DNA of 36,735 bases from Chiloscyllium plagiosum (taxonomy: Eukaryota). The position numbers and the translations under genes were made by a program. Positions within the stretch are counted from its first letter, which is position 1. The number at the start of each line of letters is the position of its first letter. Location of the stretch: NCBI RefSeq assembly GCF_004010195.1, contig NW_025214577.1, positions 9,902 through 46,636 on the forward strand, read 5' to 3'. Positions 21,975-34,300 of this stretch are shown in pieces. The notes under the pieces are model-generated. The model was not told where the DNA came from, did no database searches, and saw nothing but the letters and a program-made list of their open reading frames with translations.

Positions 21975-22377
21975 ACTCCAGAGAAAGGGAAGCAAGGTCG
22001 GAATTGTGACAGAGATAGACAAACAAGTCTTGCGATGTTTCAGAGATGAGAAATCAAGGCTTAAAATTTTACAGAGATAGTAAAACAAGGCTGGGGATGT
22101 TATAGTGATAGGAATGCAATGCTGGAGATGTTACAGAGATAGGGAAGCAAGTCCGCAGATATTAAAGAGATTGGAAGCAAGGCTGGAGTGGTTACAGAGA
22201 GAGGAAAGCAAGTCTGGAGATTTTACAGAAACAGGAAAGCAAGGCTGGAGATGTTAAAAAGGAGAGGAAAGCAAGGCTTCAGATATTACAATGGTAGGAA
22301 AGCAAGGCTGCTGATGTTATAGAGATCCGTAAACAAGGCTGGATATGTTCGAGATAGGAAAGCAAGGCTGGAGATAG
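21975..22377 (+). repeat. ~31-bp satellite, terminal block
   Basis: Same consensus unit as the larger blocks. Confidence 0.93.
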
Positions 22378-22960
22378 TGTCATAAACTCATAGAGATGTA
22401 CAGCATGGAAACAGACCCTTCTGTCCATCCCGTCCATGCCGACCAGATAACCCAACCCAATCTAGTCCCACCTGCCAGCACACGGCCCATATCCCTCCAA
22501 AACCTTCCTGTTCATATACCCATCCAAATGCCTCTTAAATGTTGCAATACTTCTTGCAGCCTTCACCACATCATATGGCAGCTCATTCCATACACCTACC
22601 ACCCTTTGCGTGAAAACGTTGCCCCTTAGGTCCCTTTTATATCTTTCCCCTCTCACACTAAACCTTTGCCTCTAGTTCTGGACTCCCCGAACCCAGGGAA
22701 AATATTTTGTCTATTTATCCTATCCAAGCACCTCATAAATTTTTAAATCTCGATAAGGTCACCACTCAGCCTCACGTTCCTAGAAAAACATCTCCAGCCT
22801 GTTCAGCCTCTCCCTGTAGCTCAGATCCTCCAACCCTGGCAACATCCTTGTTAAACGTTTCTGAACCCTTTCAAGTATCACAAAATCTTTCCGATAGGAA
22901 GAAGACCAGAATTGCATGCAATATTCCAACAGTGGCCTAACCAATGTCATGGCCGCAACA
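22378..22960 (-). mobile_element. CR1 3' fragment with 3' UTR and tail
   Basis: Translates to LVRPLLEYCMQFWS..LERVQKRLTRMLPGL..FTQRVVGVWNELP. Tail rc GGGTCTGTTTCCATGCTGTACATCTCTATGA. Confidence 0.9.
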
Positions 22961-22980
22961 TGTCCTCCCAACTCCTGTAG

Positions 22981-23110
22981 GAGAAATTGAGGACTGCAGA
23001 TGCTGGAGATCAGAGCTGAACATGTGTTGCTGGAAATGCGCAGCAGGTAAGGCAGCATCCAAGGAGCAGGAGAATCGACGTTTCGGGCACGAGCCCGAAG
23101 AAGGCCTCAT
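22981..23110. mobile_element. Short Penelope-like-element terminal fragment with a broken minimal-hammerhead-like motif
   Basis: Resembles a common shark repeat (..GGACTGCAGATGCTGGAGATCAGAG..GGAGAATCGACGTTTCGGGC). The minus strand has GGGC-TCGT-GCCC GAAAC GTCGA. Family assignment is from recall. Confidence 0.55.
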
Positions 23111-23189
23111 TGTTCATTGTCATATCCTTTATATTATACTCTGCACGTTCCCAACTTACTGTCAGGCGAATACTGTTTGCTTTCAGACT

Positions 23190-23585
23190 AACTGCACAAA
23201 GGGTTTTGGGAGTCCTTGTGTATCAATGCGAAAAAGGTAGCTTACAGGTTCAGTAGGTAATAGAGAAGATAAAGCAAATGCTGAAATTCAGTACAAAGGG
23301 AATGGTGTCTAAAAGTAGGAAGGTCTTGCAAAAATGTGCAAAATACGAGTCAAAGCGCGCCGAGAATATTCTGAAGAGTGCGAGTGTCCTAAAGAAAGAT
23401 ATTCTTGTATTGGATGGAGCCCAGAGAAGGTTCACTCGGCTGATCTTGGAGATGGAGCGATTTTCTAATGAAAAGAGTCGGATTAAGTTGAGTTTGAACC
23501 CATTAGTATTTCGAAGAATGGGCGAAAACTTTTATGCAATATGCAAGATTCAAAGGGGCTTCGCCAGGGTAGATTCCGGGAAGTG
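23190..23585 (+). mobile_element. Old CR1 RT C-terminal fragment
   Basis: Translates to LKKDILVLDGAQRRFTRLILEMERFS..KIQRGFARVD. Confidence 0.75.
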
Positions 23586-23589
23586 AGAA

Positions 23590-24046
23590 ACTACAACAGT
23601 ACAGCTCAGCAATAGGCCCTCAGCCCAACATGGCTGTGCTGAGTCTGATGCTATTCGAAACTAATCTCATCTGTCTGCACATGGTCCGTATCTCTTTACT
23701 CTGTTCCTGTTCATGTGTCTGTCTGAATGCCACTTCAAAACTTTGCAAACATTTCAGCTTTGACCACGTCCTGAGCAGCTTCCACCCTCTATGGAAAAAA
23801 AAACTTGGCTCATCCATCTCATTTATTTTTTTTCACTCGCAAACTTAAATCAAGGCGGCCTAGTATTTGACATTGCCACATTGGAAAAAAGGTTACGACT
23901 ATCCACACTATCCACGCCAATCCTAATGCTATATACCTGCACTAGTTTGCCCCTCGGCCTCCAACATTCTCGCAAATCAATCGACTTGTGTCCAACCTCC
24001 TTATATTAATCACATTCTCATCAAGGCAACATTCTGGTAAACCACT
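23590..24046 (-). mobile_element. Old CR1 3' fragment
   Basis: Minus strand gives FTRMLP, a degenerate RT C-terminus and a CR1-like 3' UTR (..GTTGGGCTGAGGGCCTATTGCTGAGCTGTAC). Confidence 0.7.
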
Positions 24047-24923
24047 NNNNNNNNNNNNNNNNNNNNNNNNNNNNNNNNNNNNNNNNNNNNNNNNNNNNNN
24101 NNNNNNNNNNNNNNNNNNNNNNNNNNNNNNNNNNNNNNNNNNNNNNNNNNNNNNNNNNNNNNNNNNNNNNNNNNNNNNNNNNNNNNNNNNNNNNNNNNNN
24201 NNNNNNNNNNNNNNNNNNNNNNNNNNNNNNNNNNNNNNNNNNNNNNNNNNNNNNNNNNNNNNNNNNNNNNNNNNNNNNNNNNNNNNNNNNNNNNNNNNNN
24301 NNNNNNNNNNNNNNNNNNNNNNNNNNNNNNNNNNNNNNNNNNNNNNNNNNNNNNNNNNNNNNNNNNNNNNNNNNNNNNNNNNNNNNNNNNNNNNNNNNNN
24401 NNNNNNNNNNNNNNNNNNNNNNNNNNNNNNNNNNNNNNNNNNNNNNNNNNNNNNNNNNNNNNNNNNNNNNNNNNNNNNNNNNNNNNNNNNNNNNNNNNNN
24501 NNNNNNNNNNNNNNNNNNNNNNNNNNNNNNNNNNNNNNNNNNNNNNNNNNNNNNNNNNNNNNNNNNNNNNNNNNNNNNNNNNNNNNNNNNNNNNNNNNNN
24601 NNNNNNNNNNNNNNNNNNNNNNNNNNNNNNNNNNNNNNNNNNNNNNNNNNNNNNNNNNNNNNNNNNNNNNNNNNNNNNNNNNNNNNNNNNNNNNNNNNNN
24701 NNNNNNNNNNNNNNNNNNNNNNNNNNNNNNNNNNNNNNNNNNNNNNNNNNNNNNNNNNNNNNNNNNNNNNNNNNNNNNNNNNNNNNNNNNNNNNNNNNNN
24801 NNNNNNNNNNNNNNNNNNNNNNNNNNNNNNNNNNNNNNNNNNNNNNNNNNNNNNNNNNNNNNNNNNNNNNNNNNNNNNNNNNNNNNNNNNNNNNNNNNNN
24901 NNNNNNNNNNNNNNNNNNNNNNN

Positions 24924-25215
24924 GAGGACATAAAATCCCAGCAAGGGCTCACTTATTCAAGACAGAGGTGAGGAGGAATTTCTTCCCTCAAACAATACTG
25001 AATCTGTGGGAATTTCTTACTGCAGAAGGCTGGTGAGGCTGGGTCATTAAGTATATTTCGAATAACGATGGTCAGAGTTTAATTCATCAGGGAAACAAAG
25101 GCTACCTGGAAAAGACAGGAAAGTAGATTTGGGGATTACCTGATCAGCAATGATCGCATTGAATAGTGAAATATAATTGATGGGCCAAACGGTCAAATTC
25201 CACTCCCACATCTGA
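24924..25215 (+). mobile_element. Old CR1 3' end
   Basis: Contains GAGGAGGAATTTCTTCCCTCA..GTGG and a 3' UTR GATCAGCAATGATCGCATTGAAT..GATGGGCCAAACGG..CCACTCC. Confidence 0.7.
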
Positions 25216-25479
25216 GTGATCTAAATCATGTTTCACCTCGAACAATTGCACAATATTCTGCTTCTCTTAAAACAAAGCTCCTTTTCAATGAGATTATTAG
25301 GCATTTGTCAATACACAAAATTTGATATAGAATGGTCCATTCTCTTAATGGCTCATTGACATGCTATTACATAAAACCACCTCGTATACAGTCCAGGATT
25401 CCATTACAGCACTGATACTCATTAGTTATTCAGTGAGGATATAATGGACTCAAAACAGTTAAACCAATAGGAAGGCATA

Positions 25480-26460
25480 TAGGAATTTTTAAACAGATAG
25501 AGAGGATTGTTGGGATTTGAAGAGGTTACACAGTTGGGAGTGATGTAGGGACTGGAGGAGATTACATTCATAGAGATTATTTTAGAGACTGAACAATGTT
25601 AAGCAATAAGGGATCTGCAATGGCAATGCAAGATTCAGCACATTGGATGATGTGGGCCCGAATGTGGTTACATAGATAGCAATAGCTGTAGTGTCTGGAG
25701 GAGATTGTAATGACTGGAGGAATTTACTCGAATAAAGAAAGTACTAGCGGTAGGCAGAATTAACAAACATGGAAAGGATTGGAGGGGCTGCAAGACGCTA
25801 TAGAAATGATAAATGTTGTATCAACTTGATGGTGTACACAGGCAGGAATGTCGTGGCAATTGGATCAGCTCACCATGACAGGGAGGGACACAGAGACACG
25901 AGATGTTATAGAATTGGGGAGGTTTGAAATCATTGCAATCATCAGGAACAGCCAGAGAGTTGTATGGTCTGGTGGAGATTGCACAGCTGGGAGAGATATA
26001 GGGACTCGACGATGTTGCACATGCAAGTACGTTTGTTGGGACTGAAGTTGGGAACATAAATAGAGAGAACTGTGTGGGGTTACAGGGACATGGAGGGTGG
26101 TGATGTCTGTTGGAAGTTCCTATTAGAGGGATTTTTATTGGAACTGCAAACCATGCCAGAGATAGGGAGGTTTGAAGGGGTTGGAGCCGTTTACAGAGGC
26201 AGTGAGAAATATAGTAATTGGAAGATACAGAGATGGTGGGGGCTGTAGGAGATACTTGAAATTGGAAGGACTGTAGATGCTGGAAGGGTACGCAGCCAAG
26301 GAGGATTGCAAGAATGTGAGGAGTTTACAGAGGTAGGGAAATTGGAGCATTCACAATAATTAGTTGTTAGGAGTACTGTCCAGACTGGGGGAGGTTTCAG
26401 AATGGGAGAGGCACTGAGAAACAGGAAAAGGTTGCAGAAAATAGAGGAACATAAACATGT
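25480..26460 (+). repeat. Highly degenerate purine-rich tandem repeat (GGGACTGGAGGAG(G/A)TTACAGAGATAGGG-like)
   Basis: Recurring GGAGGAG..TTACA(G/C)AGA..GGG motifs. Similar patches occur at ~27725-27960, 29235-29470, 30480-31320 and after 36680. Confidence 0.55.
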
Positions 26461-26980
26461 CACTCCGATGCTGTGCGAATGAGGGTCATCAGGAAGATAT
26501 TTGTCCCCATTAAACTGTACAGATCCTCAGGGTGATGGGCCGGATGGATGCTGAAGGGATGTTTCCTTCCTGTTATGGGAGAGAGACAAACAAGAAGACT
26601 CCGTTTGACAGAGATAGAGAGAGGAAAAGTCATCTTGTTTTCAGTGGCTCAAACCAATTTCAGGTTTGTACCCACACAGTTCAAAGGAATACAATGAGAT
26701 AGCAAAGAGCAAGGTCGTTTTGGACTGTAGGAGATATGAGGCGAAGGCTAGTTTGGAAAGCCAAGGGGGAGTGAGAGGGAAGGGAGATGTTCAACAGCTG
26801 GAAGAGTTTACAGGGAATGGACACTGTAAGGACTGGAGAACATGACACGCTCACTCATGAGAGGGAGGTAACGATATGGCATAAGGTCAAATATAACAGG
26901 AGGATTCCAAGCTCTGACTTGTCATTTACTCAGTGAGCTGCTCTCACCCAGTCTGGTGCCAAGCCCCACGTGCAAACAGC

Positions 26981-27794
26981 ATGAGGTTGCCCAGCACCTG
27001 GTGCTCAGGGCCCCGTGCACTCGCCCCTTAACCACACGGTAGGTAATTACACAGCCATACATTCTCCAGAAACACTGTGCACTAGCCGACATAAACTGGT
27101 AAATTCACACTCTGCCAACCAAAGACCATCGGCACTCCGTGAATATTTCTCTGAGTGATAGTCTTCCTAGAACAGCAGAATCCACGAAATTTCTCTGCAT
27201 GTGTCAGAGTCAATGTTGAAAGTTTCTTTCTCTCAAAAAACGGAAACTCCACATTCCTGCATCTCACGAAACTGTCAATTAAAAATAATGAAAAATTAAA
27301 GAGCATTCCGACCGAAGGTTTTGATGAGGTGAGCTCTGGTAAGTCATGCAGATCTGGATGTCATATAGAAGTATCAGATCAGTATCAGGTACACAGATAG
27401 AATGGGCAAATAGATTCACATCTGAACTCACATATCCCAGCCTGAGAATCTGTAGCTGTGCTCACCCATTCCAGTAAAGATCTCCAGAATTTGGACAAGA
27501 TCGGCTGAGCGATCCGATCCAAAAAGATCTGTGTTCAAATTGTGGCATCCTTCACATTCCACAACCTATGCCCTGTGCCACCTTGCAGGTTCTAAGAATT
27601 CTGTTACCTTTAACCTTCTGAGAATCCACGTCCTTTCCAGCATTTGTATCATTCTCCCTTCCTACCTCCATAACATGGTCCGCATTCTGCAAATCTTCCT
27701 TCCTCTGCAATGTTCTCCAGAAGGGCACTGGAGAGTGTTGGGGATTACAGAGATAGGGAGGGATATCAGAATGGAAGGATTTTTCAGGTATTAG
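26981..27794 (+). pseudogene. Possible relic of a small three-exon gene (26981-27038, 27237-27338, 27589-); second copy at 28494-29304
   Basis: ATG in a good context, donors G|GTAGGT and G|GTAAGT, and acceptor CCTTGCAG, all in phase 1. However, exon 1 has an in-frame TAA, the exon 2 acceptor reads CAA, and no homology is recognised. Confidence 0.3.
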
Positions 27795-29479
27795 GAATAT
27801 TGAAGTGGCAAAAGAGACTTCAGTAATTTTGAGGGTTGCTGCTAATAAAGGAGGAAGGTAGGGTCCTGAGGAGTTTACACAGTTCATGAGTGTTTTAGGG
27901 ACTGGAGGAATTTACCAAATAGGAAGGGTTTAAGATTGAATGATTGTGCAGGAAACCTTTACAGTGTTAAAGTCAGGATTCTTGGCAGTGTGGAGGAACA
28001 AGGGGATCTCGGGGTTCACGTCCATCGATCACTCAAGTTTATAGGGTTGACTTTTTTCCTTAACAGGAGGATTGTGTTTACGAGCTGCGAGGTTATGCCA
28101 CAGCTCTATAGAGCACTGGTTAGACCACGTTTGGAATATTGTGTTCAGTTCTGTTTGCCAAATTGTGAGGAAAATGTGAACACTCTCGAGAGGGTGCAGA
28201 TGACTTTTGCCAGGATGCTGCCTGGACTGGATTTGGACTGTAGGAGATATGAGGCGAAGGCTAGGTTGGAAAGCCAAGGGGGAGTGAGAGGGAAGGGAGA
28301 TGTTCAACAGCTGGAAGGGTTCACAGGGAATGGACATTGTCAGGACTGGAGAACATGACACGCTCACTCATGAGAGGGAGGTAACGATATGGCATAAGGT
28401 CAAATATAACAGGAGGATTCCAAGCTCTGACTTGTCATTTACTCAGTGAGCTGCTCTCACCCAGTCTGGTGCCAAGCCCCACGTGCAAACAGCATGAGGT
28501 TGCCCAGCTCCTGGTGCTCAGGGCCCCGTGCACTCGCCCCTTAACCACACGGTAGGTAGTTACACAGCCATACATTCTCCAGAAACACTGTGCCCTAGCC
28601 GACATAAACTGGTAAATTCACACTCTGCCAACCAAAGACCATCGGCACTCCGTGAATATTTCTCTGAGTGATAGTCTTCCTAGAACAGCAGAATCCAAAT
28701 TCCTCTACATGTGTCAGAGTCAATGTTAAAAGTTTCTTTCTCTCAAAAAACGGAAACTCCACATTCCTGCATCTCACGAAACTGTCAATTAAAAATAATG
28801 AAAAATTAAAGAGCATTCCGACCGAAGGTTTTGATGAGGTGAGCTCTGGTAAGTCATGCAGATCTGGATGTCATATAGAAGTATCAGATCAGTATCAGGC
28901 ACACAGATAGATTGGGCAAATAGATTCACATCTGAACTCACATATCCCAGCCTGGGAATCTGTAGCTGTGCTCACCCATTCCAGTAAAGATCTCCAGAAT
29001 TTGGACAAGATCGGCTGAGCGATCCGATTCAAAAAGATCTGTGTTCAAATTGTGACATCCTTCACATTCCACAACCTATGCCCTGTCCCACCTTGCAGGT
29101 TCTAAGAATTCTGTTACCTTTAACCTTCTGAGAATCCACGTCCTTTCCAGCATTTGTATCATTCTCCCTTCCTACCTCCATAACATGGTCCGCATTCTGC
29201 AAATCTTCCTTCCTCTGCAATGTTCTCCAGAAGGGCACTGGAGAGTGTTGGGGATTACAGAGATAGGGAGGGATATCAGAATGGAAGGATTTTTCAGGTA
29301 TTAGGAATATTGAAGTGGCAAAAGAGACTTCAGTAATTTTGAGGGTTGCTGCTAATAAAGGAGGAAGGTAGGGACCTGAGGAGTTTACACAGTTCATGAG
29401 TGTTTTAGGGACTGGAGGAATTTACCAAATAGGAAGGGTTTATGACTGAAGGATTCTGCAGGAAACCTTTACAGTGTTA

Positions 29480-30475
29480 AAGTCAGGATTCTTGGCAGTG
29501 TGGAGAAACAAGGGGATTAGATTAGATTACTTACAGGGTGGAAACAGGCCCTTCGGCCCAACAAGTCCACACCGACCCGCCACCCACCCAGTCCCAGTCC
29601 CCTAATTTACCCCTTCACCTAATACTATGGGTAATTTAGCATGGCCAATTCACCTAACCTTCACATTTTTGGACTGTGGGAGGAAACCGGAGCACCCGGA
29701 GGAAACCCACGCAGACATGGGGAGAATGTGCAAACTCCACACAGTCAGTCACCTGAGGCGGGAATTGAACCCGGGTCTCTGGCGCTGTGAGGCAGCAGTG
29801 CTAACCACTGTGCCACCATGCTGCCCGAGACGGGATCTCGGGGTTCACGTCCATCGATCACTCAAGTTTATAGGGTTGACTTTTTTCCTTAACAGGAGGA
29901 TTGTGTTTACGAGCTGCGAGGTAATGCTACAGCTCTATAGAGCACTAGTTATACCACGTTTGGAATATTATGTTCCCTTCTGTTTGCCACATTGTGAGGA
30001 AAATGTGAACACTGCCGAGAGGGTGCAGATGTCTTTTGCCAGAATGCTGCCTGGACTGGAGGGCATGTCTCATTAAGGAACTGTTGATGAAGCCAGGCCT
30101 TTTCTTATTGGAGAAAAGAAGGAAGAGTAGTAATTTGATAGGGGTAATGAGAGGCATATGGAGAGTAGATAGCCAGAGACCTCTTCCCATGACAGAAATG
30201 GCTGTCGCAAGGGGACATAATTTTAAGGTAATTGAAAGTTTGGCTTAGATGACAGACGTAGCTGCTTTACACAGAGAGTGGTGGGTGTGTGGAATGCACT
30301 GACAGCGGTAGTAGAGTCAAATACATTGGGGGCATTTAATCAACTCTTCCTTCGGCACATGCATGACAATGAAATTAATGGTCTGTAGGTTAGTTTAATC
30401 TTACAGTAGGATTAAAGGTCAGCACAATATCAAGGGCTGGAGGGCCGGTTGTGTGCTATATTGTTCTATGTTTGA
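29480..30475 (+). mobile_element. CR1 3' fragment interrupted by a SINE; partial duplicate at 27970-28231
   Basis: Translates to DLGVHVHRSLK..LQLYRALVIPRLEYYV..ERVQMSFARMLPGLEG. The 3' UTR ends GGGCCGGTTGTGTGCTATATTGTTCTATGTT. Confidence 0.85.
29518..29826 (-). mobile_element. Full-length HE1-like V-SINE with CR1-derived tail and (TCTAA)n end
   Basis: A and B boxes, V-domain, and tail GTGTGGACTTGTTGGGCCGAAGGGCCTGTTTCC..TAATCTAATCTA. GGGAT is duplicated at 29513-29517 and 29832-29836. The paralogous site at ~28003-28007 is empty. Confidence 0.94.
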
Positions 30476-31339
30476 AATAGGGAGAATCACAATGACAGGA
30501 AGAGGTTTCGGAAAGCTGGAGAGAATTGGGTCTGAATGAAGAGACACAACTAGGAAGGCTTGCTCGGATTGTCGGAGGTAACGGAGGTAATGGGCTGATC
30601 TGGAGTAGACGACCCAGACTGGAAGAGTTGTGGGGACTGGATTTGGTTGCACAGGAATGGGCGACCACAGACCACAAAGCGACAGAAATGTGGTGAGCTG
30701 TAGGACGCACAGGTGTTCATGGAAATGGGTAGATTGGAACGGATGGATTAGTTTTCAGGGATAAGGGTTTTGGTCGGATAGAGCTGGTTTACACAGACAG
30801 GGACTGTTTAGGGAATGAAATAGATTAGAGAGATAATGTGATTTGTATAGACTAGAAGAAGAAACAACCTCAGGATGGTGAGGTTCTAGAACATGTTAAT
30901 ATCAATAAGGAGGGTAGTTTGGACTGAATATGTTTATTGACAAAGGATAGCTTACGTTCTGCAGGTTATTTAGATGTAGAGGGTGTGGCGTCGAACAGTT
31001 TTTTTTTCAGGAGATATGTACAGCAATTTTGGTTGGACACAGTTTCACAGATAAGGGAGATTAGTAACCTCCTCCAGTTTGGTCAAAGTGGGTAGGTTTG
31101 CAGGGGAGGGTGACGTTTACATAGATAGGTGTGTCAGAGCTGGAAAAGGTTATGGAGATGAGTAGATAGATGGAGAAACTGGAGAAGACTACGTTAACGG
31201 CGGGGTGCTAGTGACTGGAGGGTATTACACAGAGAGTGAGTATTTTCGGAACTGGATCAAGAGAGTCACAGGCATTTCAGTGAGGTCGACAGATCACGAG
31301 TGTTACAGAGACCAGAGTGGATTGTAGGGTCTCCACATA

Positions 31340-34300
31340 TTGAGACTTCTTTGAAATTACAATTGAACATATTGACGAGGACAATGCAGATGATAAGAAT
31401 TACTCCGAGTTCAGTAAGGCCTTTGACAATGCCCCACTTGGAAGGCTGGTCCAAAAGGGAAGAGCCAATGAGATCCAAGTCAAGTTGGTAAATTGGATCC
31501 AAATTTGGTGTTGGGATGTTTATGTATTGAAATTCTTTCAACAATTGCTGTTCGTCTGGGATCTCTTCAGGAACCATTGCTGTTTATTATATGTATTAAT
31601 AAATGTGGATGCTAACCACAAGGTGTCTTTAGCAGGTTTGCAGATGTCATGAAATGTGAGGGTGTTGTCCACAGTGAGGCGCATGGTGTCAGGCTACAGC
31701 CTGATTGTTGAGATTGGGACAGAACTTCAAAGGAGTAATTTAAATAGACAAGGCAGGCAAGAACACAGCAGAAAATGAGGAAAATTCATCAATTAAAATG
31801 CATTTACTTAGATGTAAAATGCCTGCAATTCAGGCAGATGAAGTCACCACATTGATGGGAACATGGGACTGGAATATCAAAGGAATTACAAAACTACAGC
31901 TGAGGTAGGGACAGCCAAGCAGCGCAATGTTCCGGAATACATCTACGACCGGAAGGAAAAGAAGAGAAGACAAGAGAGGTGGTGGAGTGGAGTTTTTGAT
32001 CAGTGAAAACATCACTGCAGCACTTCGAAGGGATATTCCTGTGGATCACCCAGTGTAGCTATATTAATGAAACGGAGAAATAAGCATGAGTCATCACTTT
32101 GGTATGACTGTACTACAGGCCCGCAACTGTCAGCGGGAAATTGTGCAGCAAATATGTCTGGAGATCTCAGATATGTGTAAGAATGATAGGATTGTAATGG
32201 TCGGGAATTGTAACTTTCCAAACCTCCACTGGCACTGCCAGAGTGTTCAGAGCTTGGATGGGTAGGATCTGTTCAGTGTATTCAAGTAACAAGGTAGGGA
32301 GAGGGTCTGAGATGTTAGTGGGGAAAAACTTTGGCAAAGTGACAACAATTCTATTCATTTGAAAATAGCTATGGAAAAGGATTGGTGTGGTCCACAAGTG
32401 AAAGATCAAAATTGGCCTTGCTTCACTCCAGAAGGTATTAGACAAGACATTCATGGTTGATTCGTGGAGACTATTAGCAGGTAAAGGACGTCTGGCAAGT
32501 GGGATGCTTTCAAAAGAGAGATGAAATGAGAGGTCAGGGCCAGCATATTCCTGGTAGTGCAAAGGACAATGCTGAAACATGTAGGAAACACTGAATGAAT
32601 AGTAATATCGAGGCTCCGGCCAAGAAAAAAGGGCAAATGTCATATATAGCCAGCTGGATTAAGTGAATCCCTTGAAGAACTTTACTGGTGTAGTAATACA
32701 CGGAAATCAGGAGGGCCCAAAGTGGACCTGAGAGAGCTTTGGCAGATAAGGCTAAGGAAAGTCCAAAGGGATCCTGCATGAATATTAACAACAGAAGATG
32801 AACTTTGCACCGAATGTGACCCCTTAAAGATCAATGGGGCCATCCATATGTGGAACAGCTGTTAATGGGTAAGATCCTAAAAGAAAATTTCACGTCAGAA
32901 CTTACCGTGGCGAAAGACTGGGGAACGTAGATATAAACAGTGATGTGTTCAAAGCAGTTTACAATGGAGGACAGGAGGTGCTGGATGTTTTAAAACGCAT
33001 AAAAAATAGACAAACACGTGGGAACTTATCAAGTCTGTTCAAGGACATTATGGGAAGCTAGGGAATCACATACTGTCACGGGTGGTGAGCTGGAAGCTTC
33101 GAAGGTGACTAATGTTGTGCCAGTATTTAAGAAAGACTGTGAGGGAAAGCAACGTACAGAAACACCAATTAGCTTGATGTCAGTGGTGTGAATGCTGTTG
33201 GAAGCGATTCTGAGGTACAGGAGTTGCTTGCGTTTGGAAAGGCAACGATTGATCAGGGAGACTCAGCACAACTTTGTGCATAAAAATAGTGTCTCTCTGA
33301 CTTGACTGCTTTTGTTGCGGTGATGGCCAAAAAGATTGATGAAGACAGAGCAATAAACGTTGCCTATATTGTTTACAGCAAGCCCTTTGACAAGGTGTTG
33401 TTGGGTACATTGGTTAGTATGGTTAGATCACATGGGATCAGGGAGGGCGAGCGAAGTGGGTACAAAATTGGCTTGAGAACAGGAGATAGAGGATGGTGAG
33501 AGCAGGTTGTGGAGGCCTGTGACCAGCGGTGTGCCGGAAGGAGCAGTGTTATGTCCACTGTTGGGCATCATTTAAACAAACGATTCATTGTTAATCATAT
33601 TGTGGATAACAAAATTAGTGTTATAGTGAGCAGTGAATGCAGTTATCGAGAGGGAGAAGCAATGAATGATGGAATTGAATTCAGTTGTTGGATTTTGTTA
33701 AGACTGGGCAGTTTTGTTGAACAGAGAGAGACCAAGGGGTGCAGTTATATTGTTCCTTGGTAGGATTTGTTCAGCGTATTCAAGTAACAAGGTAGGGAAA
33801 GGGTCTGAGGTGTTAGTGGGGAAAACTTTGGCAAAGTGACAACAATTCTATTCATTTGAAAATAGCTATGGAAAAGGATTGGTGTGGTCCACAAGTGAAA
33901 GATCAAAATTGGCCTTGCTTCATTCCAGAAGGTATTAGACAAGACATTCATGGTTGATTCGTGGAGACTATTAGCAGGTAAAGGACGTCTGGCAAGTGGG
34001 ATGCTTTCAAAAGAGAGATGAAATGAGAGGTCAGAGCCAGCATATTCCTGTTAGTGCAAAGGACAATGCTGAAACAAGTAGGAAACACTGAATGAATAGT
34101 GATATCGAGGCTCCGGCCAAGAAAAAAGGGCAAATGTCATGATTAAGTGAATCCCTTGAAGAACTTTACTGGTGTAGTAATACACGGAAATCAGGAGGGC
34201 CCAAAATGGACCTGAGAGAGCTTTGGCAGATAAGGCTAAGGAAAGTCCAAAGGGATTCTGCATGAATATTAACAACAGAAGATGAACTTGGCACCGAATG

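Larger units (their letters stand above)
26719..30060 (+). repeat. Tandem segmental duplication, unit ~1.51 kb (26719-28231 and 28232-30060; copy 2 has an extra SINE)
   Basis: Near-identical sequence at offset 1513, or 1510 after a 3-bp indel. The junction reads CCTGGACTGGA|TTTGGACTGTAGG. Confidence 0.96.

Noticed and set aside
6603..22377. Many 60-100 aa ORFs such as MLQRQESKAG.. and LSLQHLQPCF..
   Set aside because: They are translations of the 31-bp satellite. The unit is not a multiple of 3 and stops are frequent.
9356..24971. Long ORFs in the track containing runs of X
   Set aside because: They are open only because they cross N gaps.
27042..27110. CACTGTG at 27073 with GGTAATTAC 22 bp upstream as an RSS
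   Set aside because: The nonamer matches only 5/9 and the downstream sequence has stops and no W/FGxG motif.
27263..27325. LTKLSIKNNEKLKSIPTEGF fits the LRR pattern LxxLxIxxNxxLxxIPxxxF
   Set aside because: It is a single isolated repeat with no neighbouring LRR exons, so an LRR gene cannot be supported. It is kept only within the gene-relic finding.
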